Source of the DNA: Gammaproteobacteria bacterium
GTDB taxonomy: Bacteria; Pseudomonadota; Gammaproteobacteria; Chromatiales; Chromatiaceae
NCBI GenBank assembly: GCA_025458675.1
Contig: JALORY010000001.1
Span: 11,565-75,564, forward strand
DNA length: 64,000 bases
Reading direction: 5' to 3'
Of this stretch, positions 21,460 through 30,595 are shown in pieces. Positions within the stretch are counted from its first letter, which is position 1. The number at the start of each line of letters is the position of its first letter. The notes under the pieces are model-generated. The model was not told where the DNA came from, searched no databases, and saw only the letters and a program-made list of their open reading frames with translations. A program made the translations under genes and the position numbers.

Positions 21460-23247
21460 CTAGCACTGCTCCTTCTGCTGCAGGTCCCACATTCCGGCGT
21501 AGCGCCCGCCGAGAGCGAGCAGCTGGGGGTGACTGCCGTGCTCGACCACGCGACCGCCTTCCATGACCAGGATGAGGTCGGCGTCGACCACGGTGGACAG
21601 CCGATGGGCGATGACGAGGGTCGTGCGCTCCGCCGCCACCTGCGCGAGCGTTTCCTGGATCGCCTGCTCCGTCCGGCTGTCGAGCGAGGACGTCGCCTCG
21701 TCGAACACCAGGATCCGCGGCCGCTTGAGGATGGCGCGCGCAATCGCGACGCGCTGCTTCTCGCCGCCGGAGAGCTTGAGCCCGCGCTCGCCCACGACCG
21801 TGTCCCACCCTGCCGGCAGCGATTCGACGAACGCGCGGATGTGCGCGAGCGACGCCGCCTGCGCGACCTCGGCACGGGTCGCGTCGGGCCGGCCGTAGGC
21901 GATGTTGTAGTAGATCGTGTCGTTGAACAGCACCGTGTCCTGCGGCACGACGCCGATCGCCTCGCGCAGGCTGGCCTGCGTGACGTGACGGATGTCCTGC
22001 CCGTCGACCAGGATCGCCCCGGCCGTCACGTCGTAGAAGCGGAACAGCAGCCGGGCGAGCGTCGACTTGCCCGCGCCGCTGTGGCCCACGACGGCGAGCT
22101 TGCGCCCCGGCGGGATGGTGAAGTCCACGCCGTCGAGAATGACGCGCTCCGGCTGGTAAGCGAAGCGCACGTTCTCGAAGCGCACCTCGCCGGGCCCGTG
22201 CAGGAGCGGGCCCGCACCGGGCGCGTCGGTGACCTCTGGCCGCTGCTCCAGCAGCCGGAACACGAGGTCCATGTCGGCGAGCGAGTACTTGATCTGGCGG
22301 TAGACGATGCCGAGGAAGTTGAGCGGGATGAAGAGCTGCAGCAGGAACGCGTTGACGAGCACGAGGTCGCCCAGTGTCATCGACCCGTCGGCCACGCCCT
22401 GCGCCGCGTAGAACATGATGGCGGTCACGCCCACCGCGATGATCGCGCCCTGGCCGAAGTTGAGCAGCGACATCGAGGACTGGCTCTTGACCGCGTACTC
22501 CTCCCACTCGCGCAGGGTGGCGTCGTAGCGGCCGTGCTCGAGTCGCTCGTTGGTGAAGTACTTCACCGTCTCGTAGTTGATCAGGCTGTCGATCGCCTGG
22601 GTGTTGGCGGTCGAGTCGAGCCGGTTCATCTGGTGGCGGAAGTCCATGCGCCACTCGGTGATGGCGAAGGTGAAGGCGACGTAGACGGCCACGGTGCCGA
22701 AGGTGACGATCGCGAACACCGGCGCGTAGCGCGCGAGCAGGATGCCGGCGACGAGCGCGAACTCGACGAGGATGGGCAGCACGCTGAAGACGAGGTAGTT
22801 GAGGATGGTGCTGACCGAGCGCGCGCCGCGCTCCAGGTCGCGGCTGACGGCTCCGGTCTGGCGCTCGAGGTGAAAACGCAGCGACAGTGCGTGGAGGTGC
22901 TCGAGCACCCGCGTCGAGAGTCGTCGCATCGCCCGGAAACGCACCCGGGCGAACACGACGTCGCGCAGTTCGTTGAACAGCGAGGCCCCGAGCTTGAGCG
23001 CACCGTAGGCGGCGAGCAGCGCCAGCGGCAGGACCGCTGCCTGGCCGGGCGAGCCCTGGAGCGCGTCGACGATCCCCTTGAGAACCAGCGGCACGCCGAT
23101 GTTGGCGCCCTTGGAGAGAATCAGGCAGGCGAGCGCGAACAGCGCCCGCCCGCGGAACTCCCACAGGTACGGCAGCATGCCGCGCAGGTTGCGCCAATCC
23201 CTCGGTGCAGCAGGGGTTCCGGTCTCGGCGGTCAGCTCGTCTCGCAT
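21460..23247 (-). CDS. atm1: ABC transporter, fused permease/ATPase of the Atm1/HMT1 (ABCB) type
   Basis: ORF 21460..23286, where 23286 is TTG; an ATG at 23247 gives MRDELTAE. Contains LPYLWEF..., Walker A GHSGAGKST and LSGGEKQRVAIARAILKRPRILVFDEATSSLD. Confidence 0.85.
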   Translation of the reverse strand: MRDELTAETGTPAAPRDWRNLRGMLPYLWEFRGRALFALACLILSKGANIGVPLVLKGIVDALQGSPGQAAVLPLALLAAYGALKLGASLFNELRDVVFARVRFRAMRRLSTRVLEHLHALSLRFHLERQTGAVSRDLERGARSVSTILNYLVFSVLPILVEFALVAGILLARYAPVFAIVTFGTVAVYVAFTFAITEWRMDFRHQMNRLDSTANTQAIDSLINYETVKYFTNERLEHGRYDATLREWEEYAVKSQSSMSLLNFGQGAIIAVGVTAIMFYAAQGVADGSMTLGDLVLVNAFLLQLFIPLNFLGIVYRQIKYSLADMDLVFRLLEQRPEVTDAPGAGPLLHGPGEVRFENVRFAYQPERVILDGVDFTIPPGRKLAVVGHSGAGKSTLARLLFRFYDVTAGAILVDGQDIRHVTQASLREAIGVVPQDTVLFNDTIYYNIAYGRPDATRAEVAQAASLAHIRAFVESLPAGWDTVVGERGLKLSGGEKQRVAIARAILKRPRILVFDEATSSLDSRTEQAIQETLAQVAAERTTLVIAHRLSTVVDADLILVMEGGRVVEHGSHPQLLALGGRYAGMWDLQQKEQC

Positions 23248-23347
23248 GCTAGGATTCCGGCCGCCCCCGGCGCCGCCGCGCGGCAAGAGCGGAAGTTTAG
23301 CGGAAGGTCCCGCGCCGCGACCCCATTCTCCTCGTGGAGGTGCCCCC

Positions 23348-23662
23348 GTGTCCGAGTGCTCGCACCTCGAGCCCTACGCGCTCCAGGTCCTCGGCGACAG
23401 CATGGAGCCCGAGTTCCCCGACCAGTGCATCGTCGTCATCGAGCCGATCGACAAGGTCAGGAGCGGGGCGTACGTCTTCGCCGAGGTCGAAAATGTGCGC
23501 TGGTTCCGCCAGTACGTGAAGGACGAGGATGGCCGCGAATGGCTGATCGCCCTCAACGACCTCTATCCCGAGATCGACCTCACCGGCCTCGCGTGGCGCA
23601 TCCTCGGCGTCATCACGCAGCGCAACGTGAAGCGCAGGATCAAGCACTACGACAATTTCTGA
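23348..23662 (+). CDS. Stand-alone S24 (LexA/UmuD-like) peptidase domain protein
   Basis: Inside ORF 23078..23662. GTG at 23348 lies behind GGAGG. LQVLGDSMEPEF (catalytic Ser motif). No HTH domain and no umuC nearby. Confidence 0.65.
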   Translation: MSECSHLEPYALQVLGDSMEPEFPDQCIVVIEPIDKVRSGAYVFAEVENVRWFRQYVKDEDGREWLIALNDLYPEIDLTGLAWRILGVITQRNVKRRIKHYDNF

Positions 23663-23738
23663 CGACGGCCACAGCCCGCCCTTGGCGACACGCCGGGGCA
23701 TGCGCGACCGACACAGATTGAGAGACGCAAGCCGCGCG

Positions 23739-24488
23739 CTACGAAGCAACGCCCAGCCGCCCCGCCGCCTCCCGCCACAGCGCGGCGTAGGCCTCGGCGG
23801 CCTGGCTCGCCGGCGCGTACGCGGCGACCGGGGCGCGGTGCACGCCCATCTGCTCGACCTCGCTGCGGTAGGGAATCACCGTCGCGAGCATCGTCGCCCG
23901 CGGATCGGGCGCCGCGGCGAGGATGCCCTGGTGCAGCCGCTTGCGTCGGTCGGCCAGGGCGTAGAACGGCCACACGGCGACATCGCCCAACCCCTCCGCG
24001 GCGAGGAAGTCGAGCAGCTGGGTGAGCGTTCGCAGCGACAGCGGCGTGGGGATCACGGGCACGAGCAGCGCGTCCACCGCCCGGAAGACGTTCTCCGAGA
24101 CCAGCGTGAGGCTCGGCGGGCAATCGAGGATGAGCAGATCGTAGCCCTCGCGCACCGGCGCGATCAGCTGGCCCAGCTGCGCCTTCGGCTTCTTCGCCTC
24201 GTCGAGCAACAGGTCCATGCGCCGGTATGCGGGGTCGGCCGGGAGGATGTCCAGGCGCTCGAAGTCGCTGCCCTTGACCGCGTCGTCGAGAGGTCGCTTG
24301 CCGCGTAGCAGCTTCTTCGGCTTCGCGACCGCCGTGCGCACCCGCAGGTAGAACGACGCGGCGCCCTGGGGATCGAGATCCCACAGCAGGGTCCGCTGCC
24401 CGGCGGCTGCGCTCAGATAGGCGAGATTGACCGCGGTGGCCGTCTTTCCCACGCCCCCCTTGATGCTGTAGAGGGCGACGACCTTCAC
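23739..24488 (-). CDS. Orphan ParA/MinD-family ATPase
   Basis: C-terminal 249 aa of ORF 23739..25487. VKVVALYSIKGGVGKTATAVNLA carries the deviant Walker A motif (KGGxxGKT). GTG at 24488 overlaps the TGA of the upstream CHAD gene (GTGA). Confidence 0.85.
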   Translation of the reverse strand: MKVVALYSIKGGVGKTATAVNLAYLSAAAGQRTLLWDLDPQGAASFYLRVRTAVAKPKKLLRGKRPLDDAVKGSDFERLDILPADPAYRRMDLLLDEAKKPKAQLGQLIAPVREGYDLLILDCPPSLTLVSENVFRAVDALLVPVIPTPLSLRTLTQLLDFLAAEGLGDVAVWPFYALADRRKRLHQGILAAAPDPRATMLATVIPYRSEVEQMGVHRAPVAAYAPASQAAEAYAALWREAAGRLGVAS

Positions 24489-26059
24489 GCCGCCGGGTCC
24501 GCCGCCGGCTTGAACAGGGCGCGGTAGGCACCGCGGTTCTCTTCCGAATCCAGCGCGTCGAAGCGCGCGGCGAAGGCCGCCCGGGAGGCCGCCTGCCGGG
24601 CGCGCAGGCTGCCGACCAGCGCGCCGAGGGCGAGCAGCGTGCGGGCCGGCGCCCTCCCCTCCGCCGCCATGCGCTCGGCGAAGCCTTCGAGGTGCTGCGC
24701 CTGGACGGCGAGGTCCTGGTGCTCGCCGAGCACGTCGAGCAGGACCTTGAGCGCCTTGATGAGCGGATCCAGTCGCTCGGCGGGATACAGACTCGCGAAG
24801 AACTCCTGCAGGTAGCGCAGCTTCTTGCAGTCCTTGCGCAGCTCGTGCAGCACCTCGGGCGCCGGCGCCTCGACCGCGGCGCGTCCGTCCCGGATCACCC
24901 GCCGAAAGGCGCGCCAGATCCGCCGGCCGGCGAGCTCGCCGACGGGGAGCGCAGCATCGGGGGCCGCCTCCAGGTCGGGCTCCGCGTCGAGAAAATCGCG
25001 CCACTCGGTCATCAGGCCGCGGAAGCGTGGCGCGGCGAGCCGCCGCGCGAGCTGCGCCTGCTCGCGCCGGTGCTCGTCGAGCAGGAAGCCGCGGAAGGGC
25101 TCGAGGTCGCCCTGCAGGTCGACAGGCAGCTCGTCGTGGTACTCGGGCAGCTGCAGCAGGAAGACGTCCAGGTCGCGCGTGGGCCCGGTCACCTCGCCGA
25201 GCCAGCCGAACGCCTCGCGGAACTGCCGGACCCGCGCCTCCGGGAACACGTCCCGGATCTGCGTCAGGGCCGAACGGGTGCGGCGCACCGACACGCGCAG
25301 GTCGTGCAGGAACTCGGGATCCAGGCCCGCGCGCGTGCCGGCGACGTTGGCCTCGAGCGTCTCCAGCAGCTGCCGGTGGATCCGGCGAGCCGCCTCGGCA
25401 CCCGGAAGCTCGGGGGTCAGGCGAACGCGAATCTTGGACGAGTAGCCGCCGGGCGCGACCCCGAGCACGCGACAGACGGCCTCGCACTCGCAGCGTGGCA
25501 CCGCGCGCGCGGCGAAGCGCCGCTCGAGCTGCGCCGCGACCGCGTCGGCCGAATCGTCGTAACCCTTCAGCGGCTCGAGGATCAACCGCCGGGGCAAGGG
25601 CACGCGCAGCCGCGGGGTCCCCTCGGTTGCCACCGCGTGACCGTCCTCCTCCGCCAGGCGCAGGACCGTCTTCCCGTCACCGTCGACCAGGCGCCAGCGG
25701 CGGACGCGGGCCTCGAGGCCGGCCCTCGCCAGCAGCACCCGCGGCGCCAGCAGATCGGCCAGCGCGTCGCGCAGCGCCCCGGGGGGCAGATCGTCGACCC
25801 CGATCGGAAACTCGGCCAGAGCCGGTGCCGCGATCACGGCACCGTCGCGGGAGCAGAGCTCCCAGTGCCGCTTCGCGCCCTCGGCGACCCGCGCCAGCCG
25901 CAGGCCCCGCGCGTGCAGACGCCAGTCGAAGCTGTCCGCGAACTCGTAGCGCCGCCGGCCCGCGGGCTCCTCGACGAGGGCCCAGCCGGGCCCCAACGCG
26001 TCGATCAGCGCGGCCGGCTCGAAAGGGGCGGGAATCTCGTGGATGTCGGGTCCGGGCAT
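24485..26059 (-). CDS. CYTH-like + CHAD domain protein (polyphosphate-associated family)
   Basis: ORF 24485..26104 trimmed to MPGPDIHE. The N-terminus (YEFADSFDWRLHARGLRLARV) resembles the CYTH core. The C-terminal helical CHAD region contains HDLRVSVRRTRSAL...LHELRKDCKKLRY...LGEHQD. Confidence 0.8.
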   Translation of the reverse strand: MPGPDIHEIPAPFEPAALIDALGPGWALVEEPAGRRRYEFADSFDWRLHARGLRLARVAEGAKRHWELCSRDGAVIAAPALAEFPIGVDDLPPGALRDALADLLAPRVLLARAGLEARVRRWRLVDGDGKTVLRLAEEDGHAVATEGTPRLRVPLPRRLILEPLKGYDDSADAVAAQLERRFAARAVPRCECEAVCRVLGVAPGGYSSKIRVRLTPELPGAEAARRIHRQLLETLEANVAGTRAGLDPEFLHDLRVSVRRTRSALTQIRDVFPEARVRQFREAFGWLGEVTGPTRDLDVFLLQLPEYHDELPVDLQGDLEPFRGFLLDEHRREQAQLARRLAAPRFRGLMTEWRDFLDAEPDLEAAPDAALPVGELAGRRIWRAFRRVIRDGRAAVEAPAPEVLHELRKDCKKLRYLQEFFASLYPAERLDPLIKALKVLLDVLGEHQDLAVQAQHLEGFAERMAAEGRAPARTLLALGALVGSLRARQAASRAAFAARFDALDSEENRGAYRALFKPAADPAA

Positions 26060-26150
26060 CGGCGGCCTCACCGGGCGGCACCGCCGACCGGCAGCGGCAA
26101 TCATGCCACGCCGCGCCCGGCGCCGGGTTACGGGCTCGCGGGACAGCGCC

Positions 26151-26876
26151 TCAGCCGGCGTCGAGGAAGCCGCTCGACAGGTGCTCTGCCTTCACGTAGC
26201 GCACGTCCTTGCCCTTGACCGCGTAGATCACGAACTCGGCGAGATTGGTGGCGTGATCGCCGACGCGCTCGAGGGCCTTGAGCACGAACACCGCCTCGAT
26301 GACGTGCCGCACATTGCGCGGGTCCTCGAACAGGAAGGTCGCGAGCCGCCGCAGGCCGGCGTGGAAGGCCTCGTTCAGCTGCTCGTCACCCTGCACGACG
26401 GCCACGGCCTTGTCGACGTCCAGCTCCTCCACCGCCTCGAGCGCGTCCTCGAGCAGCTCCACGGCGCTCGCCGCCATGTGTCGCGCGTCCTGGAACAGGG
26501 AGGGGATGGGCTGCAGGTCGTTCTCGCCGTAGACGCGGCTGACGACGTAGCCGAGCTTCTTGGTCTCGTCGGCCGCGCGCTCGAGATTGTTCACGGCCTG
26601 GGACATCGCCATCACGAAGCGCAGATCCGAGGCCACCGGCTGGCGGGTCGCCAGCAGCTCGAGGCAGAGCTCCTGGCCCTTCATGTCCAGCGTGTTGATG
26701 TCCCGATCGCGGTGCACGACCTGGCGCGCGAGCCCCGTGTCGCCCTCCTCGAGGGCCTGCGCCGCGTCCCGCACCTGCTGCAGGACGAGCCGCCCCATCT
26801 CGAGGACCAGGTCCTTGAGCGAGCCGAGCTGCGCGTCGAAGCGCTGGACGATGTGCCCGCCTTCCTTGCCGTTCAT
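26151..26876 (-). CDS. phoU: Phosphate signalling complex protein PhoU
   Basis: ORF 26151..26876. Shows the two PhoU repeats (..HRDRDINTLD.. / ..LERVGDHATNLAE..). Confidence 0.93.
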   Translation of the reverse strand: MNGKEGGHIVQRFDAQLGSLKDLVLEMGRLVLQQVRDAAQALEEGDTGLARQVVHRDRDINTLDMKGQELCLELLATRQPVASDLRFVMAMSQAVNNLERAADETKKLGYVVSRVYGENDLQPIPSLFQDARHMAASAVELLEDALEAVEELDVDKAVAVVQGDEQLNEAFHAGLRRLATFLFEDPRNVRHVIEAVFVLKALERVGDHATNLAEFVIYAVKGKDVRYVKAEHLSSGFLDAG

Positions 26877-26895
26877 GCCGCCTCCGCCGTCCGGA

Positions 26896-27771
26896 TCAGC
26901 CGAAGCGGCCGGTGATGTAGTCTTCCGTGAGCTTGTGGCGGGGATTGGTGAAGATCTGAGTGGTCTCGCCGACCTCGATGAGGTCGCCGAGGTGGAAATA
27001 GGCCGTGCGCTGCGAGACGCGCGCCGCCTGCTGCATCGAGTGCGTGACGATGCAGATCGTGTAGTTCTGTCGCAGCTCGTCGATCAGTTCCTCGATCTTC
27101 GCCGTGGCGATCGGATCGAGCGCCGAGCAGGGCTCGTCCATCAGGATCACCTCCGGCGACACCGCGATCGCGCGCGCGATGCACAGGCGCTGCTGCTGGC
27201 CGCCGGAGAGGCCGGTCCCGGGCTGGTCGAGTCGGTCCTTCACCTCGTCCCACAGCCCCGCGCGGCGCAGGCTGCTCTCGACGATCTCGTCGAGCTCCGC
27301 GCGCGACGCCGCGATGCCGTGGATGCGCGGGCCGTAGGCGATGTTGTCGTAGATGGGCTTCGGGAACGGGTTCGGCTTCTGGAACACCATGCCGACCTGG
27401 GCCCGCAGGACCACCGGGTCCATCTGCCGGTCGTACACGTCCTTGTCGTCGAGGGTGATGTGGCCCGTGACCCGGCATCCCTCGACCGTGTCGTTCATGC
27501 GGTTCAGGCAGCGCAGGAAGGTCGACTTGCCGCAGCCCGAGGGGCCGATCATGGCGATCACCTCGTTGCTGCCGATGTCGAGAGTGACGTTCTTGATCGC
27601 GTGCTTGTCGCCGTAGTAGACGTCGACGCCGCGCGTGCGCATCCGCGGATTGGCGACCGTCACCTCCCCGACCGTGCCGGAGAAGTTGCGGATCCTGAGG
27701 CCGTCCATCGCGTCAGCTCTGCCCGCCACGCCAGTCGCCGCGTCCGAAAGGGTGCCCATCGTAGCGTTCAT
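26896..27771 (-). CDS. pstB: Phosphate ABC transporter ATP-binding protein
   Basis: ORF 26896..27804, where 27804 is TTG; first ATG at 27771. [12 protein letters not shown]...[19 protein letters not shown]...[14 protein letters not shown]. Confidence 0.93.
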   Translation of the reverse strand: MNATMGTLSDAATGVAGRADAMDGLRIRNFSGTVGEVTVANPRMRTRGVDVYYGDKHAIKNVTLDIGSNEVIAMIGPSGCGKSTFLRCLNRMNDTVEGCRVTGHITLDDKDVYDRQMDPVVLRAQVGMVFQKPNPFPKPIYDNIAYGPRIHGIAASRAELDEIVESSLRRAGLWDEVKDRLDQPGTGLSGGQQQRLCIARAIAVSPEVILMDEPCSALDPIATAKIEELIDELRQNYTICIVTHSMQQAARVSQRTAYFHLGDLIEVGETTQIFTNPRHKLTEDYITGRFG

Positions 27772-27808
27772 GTCGGTTTCTCGCTCTTGCTCGCGGTCAA
27801 TCAACGGC

Positions 27809-29122
27809 TTACCAGCGCCGTTCGAAGCGCTTGCGCAGGTAGACGGCCAGGGCGTTCATCGCGATGAGGAAGGCCAGCAGCACGATGATCGCGGCCGCCG
27901 TCTTCTCGACGAACGCGCGCTCGGGACTGTCGGCCCAGAGGTAGATCTGCACCGGCAGGAGGGTCGACGGGTCGAAGAAACCCTTCGGCACGTCCACGAC
28001 GAACGCCACCATGCCGATCATGAGCAGCGGCGCGGTCTCGCCCAGGGCGTGCGCCATGCCGATGATCATGCCCGTCATCATCCCGGGCATGGCGAGCGGC
28101 AGCACGTGGTGGAAGACGGTCTGCATCTTCGAGGCCCCGACGCCGAGCGCGGCCTCGCGGATGGACGGCGGCACCGACTTCAAGGCCGCGCGGCCGGCGA
28201 TGATGATCGTCGGCAGCACCATGAGCGCCAGGACCAGGCCGCCCACCACCGGTGCCGAGCGCGGCATCCCGAAGAAGTTGATGAGCACCGCGAGGCCCAG
28301 CAGGCCGAACACGATCGACGGCACCGCGGCCAGGTTGTTGATGTTGACCTCGATGAGGTCCGTCAGGCGGTTCTTCGGCGCGAACTCCTCGAGGTACACC
28401 GCCGCCGCCACCCCGATCGGGAAGGAGATCACCAGGCAGACCAGCAGCGTGTAGAACGAGCCCATGACCGCGCCGCCGATGCCCGCGAGCTCGGGCTCGC
28501 GCGAGTCGCCATTCGTGAAGAAGCGCCAGTTGAACCGGGTGTCGACGGCGCCCTTCTTCTCCAGCACGTCCAGCCAGCCGAGGACGCGATCGCTGACGCG
28601 GCGCTGATCCTCGGGGACCCTGCGGTCGATGTGCCCCTTCATGACCATGTCGACGTCGTCGGACGCGATCAGCCACAGGTCGCGCGTGGTCCCGACCAGG
28701 GACGGGTCCGCCTTTACCATGTCCTGCAGCTGGTACTCGGCACCGCTGCTGACCATCCCGAACAGTTCGCGAAGCTCGCTGCGCCCCGACACGTCGGGAA
28801 AGGCCGCCTGCATCGCCCTCTTGACCAGGGCGGCGTAGTCCGCGCCCGCGAGCGCCGCCGGGTCGCGCCGGCCCTCGGGGTCGAGCGCCTCCTGGTCGAA
28901 GGTCACCTGGACCTTCAGGTAGGTCTGCTCGAAGCCCGTGTAGCCGTTCAGGATGATGCTGAGGAAGAGCGAGCCGACGAAGGCGAGGCCCGTCAGCACG
29001 GCGAGCCGGCCCGTCAGGCGGAAACGGCGCTCCTTCGCGTAACGCCGCGGCAGCGAGGCCCGCACCGCGTCGATGGTTCGCCGGCGCGGTGCCCCGGCGG
29101 ACGATGGGTTGTCGTCACTCAT
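27809..29122 (-). CDS. pstA: Phosphate ABC transporter permease PstA (long form)
   Basis: ORF 27809..29122. Overlaps pstC by 8 nt. Permease motif region: [15 protein letters not shown]. Confidence 0.9.
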   Translation of the reverse strand: MSDDNPSSAGAPRRRTIDAVRASLPRRYAKERRFRLTGRLAVLTGLAFVGSLFLSIILNGYTGFEQTYLKVQVTFDQEALDPEGRRDPAALAGADYAALVKRAMQAAFPDVSGRSELRELFGMVSSGAEYQLQDMVKADPSLVGTTRDLWLIASDDVDMVMKGHIDRRVPEDQRRVSDRVLGWLDVLEKKGAVDTRFNWRFFTNGDSREPELAGIGGAVMGSFYTLLVCLVISFPIGVAAAVYLEEFAPKNRLTDLIEVNINNLAAVPSIVFGLLGLAVLINFFGMPRSAPVVGGLVLALMVLPTIIIAGRAALKSVPPSIREAALGVGASKMQTVFHHVLPLAMPGMMTGMIIGMAHALGETAPLLMIGMVAFVVDVPKGFFDPSTLLPVQIYLWADSPERAFVEKTAAAIIVLLAFLIAMNALAVYLRKRFERRW

Positions 29123-30524
29123 ACTGTTCCCGGTACTTGCGCACGACGTGCAGCGCGATGACGTTGAGGCCGAGGGTCACGACGAAGAGCACCAGGCCCA
29201 GCGCGAAGGCGGCCAGGGTCTTGGGGCTGTCGAACTCCTGGTCGCCCACCAGCAGGGTGACGATCTGGACCGTGACGGTCGTCACGCTGTCCAGCGGGTT
29301 TGCGGTGAGTTTGGCGGACAGCCCCGCCGCCATCACGACGATCATCGTCTCGCCGATGGCCCGCGACACCGCGAGCAGGATGCTGCCCACGATGCCGGGC
29401 AGCGCGGCCGGCAGCACCACCTGCCGCACGGTCTCGGACTGGGTGGCGCCGAGGGCGTACGAGGCGTCGCGCATGGACTGGGGCACCGCGTTGATGACGT
29501 CGTCCGACAGCGAGGAGACGAACGGGATGATCATGATGCCCATCACGAGGCCCGCCGCGAGCGCGCTCTCGGAGGCGACCTCGAGGCCGAGCGCCACGCC
29601 CGCGTCGCGCACCAGCGGGGCGACGGTGAGCGCGGCGAAGAAGCCGTAGACCACGGTCGGGATCCCCGCGAGGACCTCGAGCACGGGCTTGGCGACCGCC
29701 CGGAACTCGCGGGACGCGTACTCCGACAGGTAGATGGCGGCCATGAGACCGATCGGCACCGCCACCAGCATCGCGATCCCCGAGATCAGCAGCGTTCCGG
29801 TGAAGAGCGGCACGGCGCCGAAGGCCCCCGAGGATCCCGCCTGGTCGGCGCGCAACGCGATCTGGGGGCTCCAGTCCAGGCCGAACAGGAAGCTCGTCAT
29901 GGGCACGGTGCGGAAGAACAGGATGGACTCGAAGAGCACCGACAGGACGATGCCGACGGTCGTGAAGATCGCGATCAGCGACGCCACGATCAGCAGCACG
30001 TTGACGATCGCCTCGACGCGGTTGCGCGCGCGCAGCCGGGGCGAGATCTGACGCCACGCCAGCCCACCGCCGATGACGCCCAGCGACAGCACCACGACCG
30101 CCATCGCCGCGGCCGAGGTGCGCTCGAGGCTCTTCAGGTGGTCCGCCGCGGCCCGCAGCTCCGGCGTCACCTCGCGGGAGACCACGTTGCCGCTCGTGAG
30201 ATTGCGGACGTCGTTGAGCACGAGGCCGAGGCGGTCGGGGCCGAGCTGCTGCATCTCCTGGGGCAGGTCGCGCACGACGAGCTCGGTCACGATCGTGGAG
30301 CGGAACGCCACCCAGAGCGCGAGCACCAGCAGCGCCGGGATCAGGCACCAGAGCGCCGCGTACGACCCGTAGTAGCTGGGCAGGGAGTGCAGGTTCCGGA
30401 TGCCGCCCGCGCCGGCGGACACCGCCACCGACCGGCGACGGCCGAGCACATAGGCCACGGCCGTCAGGACCAGGAGCGCTGCGATCAGCAGGGGTGTGCT
30501 CATGGGAACACTCTGCGAGGCCAC
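29115..30524 (-). CDS. pstC: Phosphate ABC transporter permease PstC (long form)
   Basis: ORF 29115..30524 (GTG start; an alternative ATG at 30503 gives MSTPLLIA). Permease motif: MRDASYALGATQSET. Confidence 0.9.
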   Translation of the reverse strand: MASQSVPMSTPLLIAALLVLTAVAYVLGRRRSVAVSAGAGGIRNLHSLPSYYGSYAALWCLIPALLVLALWVAFRSTIVTELVVRDLPQEMQQLGPDRLGLVLNDVRNLTSGNVVSREVTPELRAAADHLKSLERTSAAAMAVVVLSLGVIGGGLAWRQISPRLRARNRVEAIVNVLLIVASLIAIFTTVGIVLSVLFESILFFRTVPMTSFLFGLDWSPQIALRADQAGSSGAFGAVPLFTGTLLISGIAMLVAVPIGLMAAIYLSEYASREFRAVAKPVLEVLAGIPTVVYGFFAALTVAPLVRDAGVALGLEVASESALAAGLVMGIMIIPFVSSLSDDVINAVPQSMRDASYALGATQSETVRQVVLPAALPGIVGSILLAVSRAIGETMIVVMAAGLSAKLTANPLDSVTTVTVQIVTLLVGDQEFDSPKTLAAFALGLVLFVVTLGLNVIALHVVRKYREQYE

Positions 30525-30595
30525 CCCGCCGCCCGGTCGCGGGAGGCGACCGGGACCGGCGCGGGGATGGCGATATTACCGCTTCGCGCGGCGGA

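Noticed and set aside
19790-23197. A single 1135-aa ORF spanning the kinase and the atm1 region.
   Set aside because: Only the C-terminal 543 aa (from MEQGPEPS) look like a protein (HAMP/GAF/HisKA_3/HATPase). The N-terminal part is Arg/Pro-rich and overlaps the well-supported atm1 frame (21460..23247).
23348-24488. S24 peptidase plus ParA considered as a prophage/plasmid remnant.
   Set aside because: There are no integrase, repressor HTH, ParB, replication or att-like repeats. The two genes are convergent rather than an operon, and ParA is translationally coupled to the CHAD gene instead.
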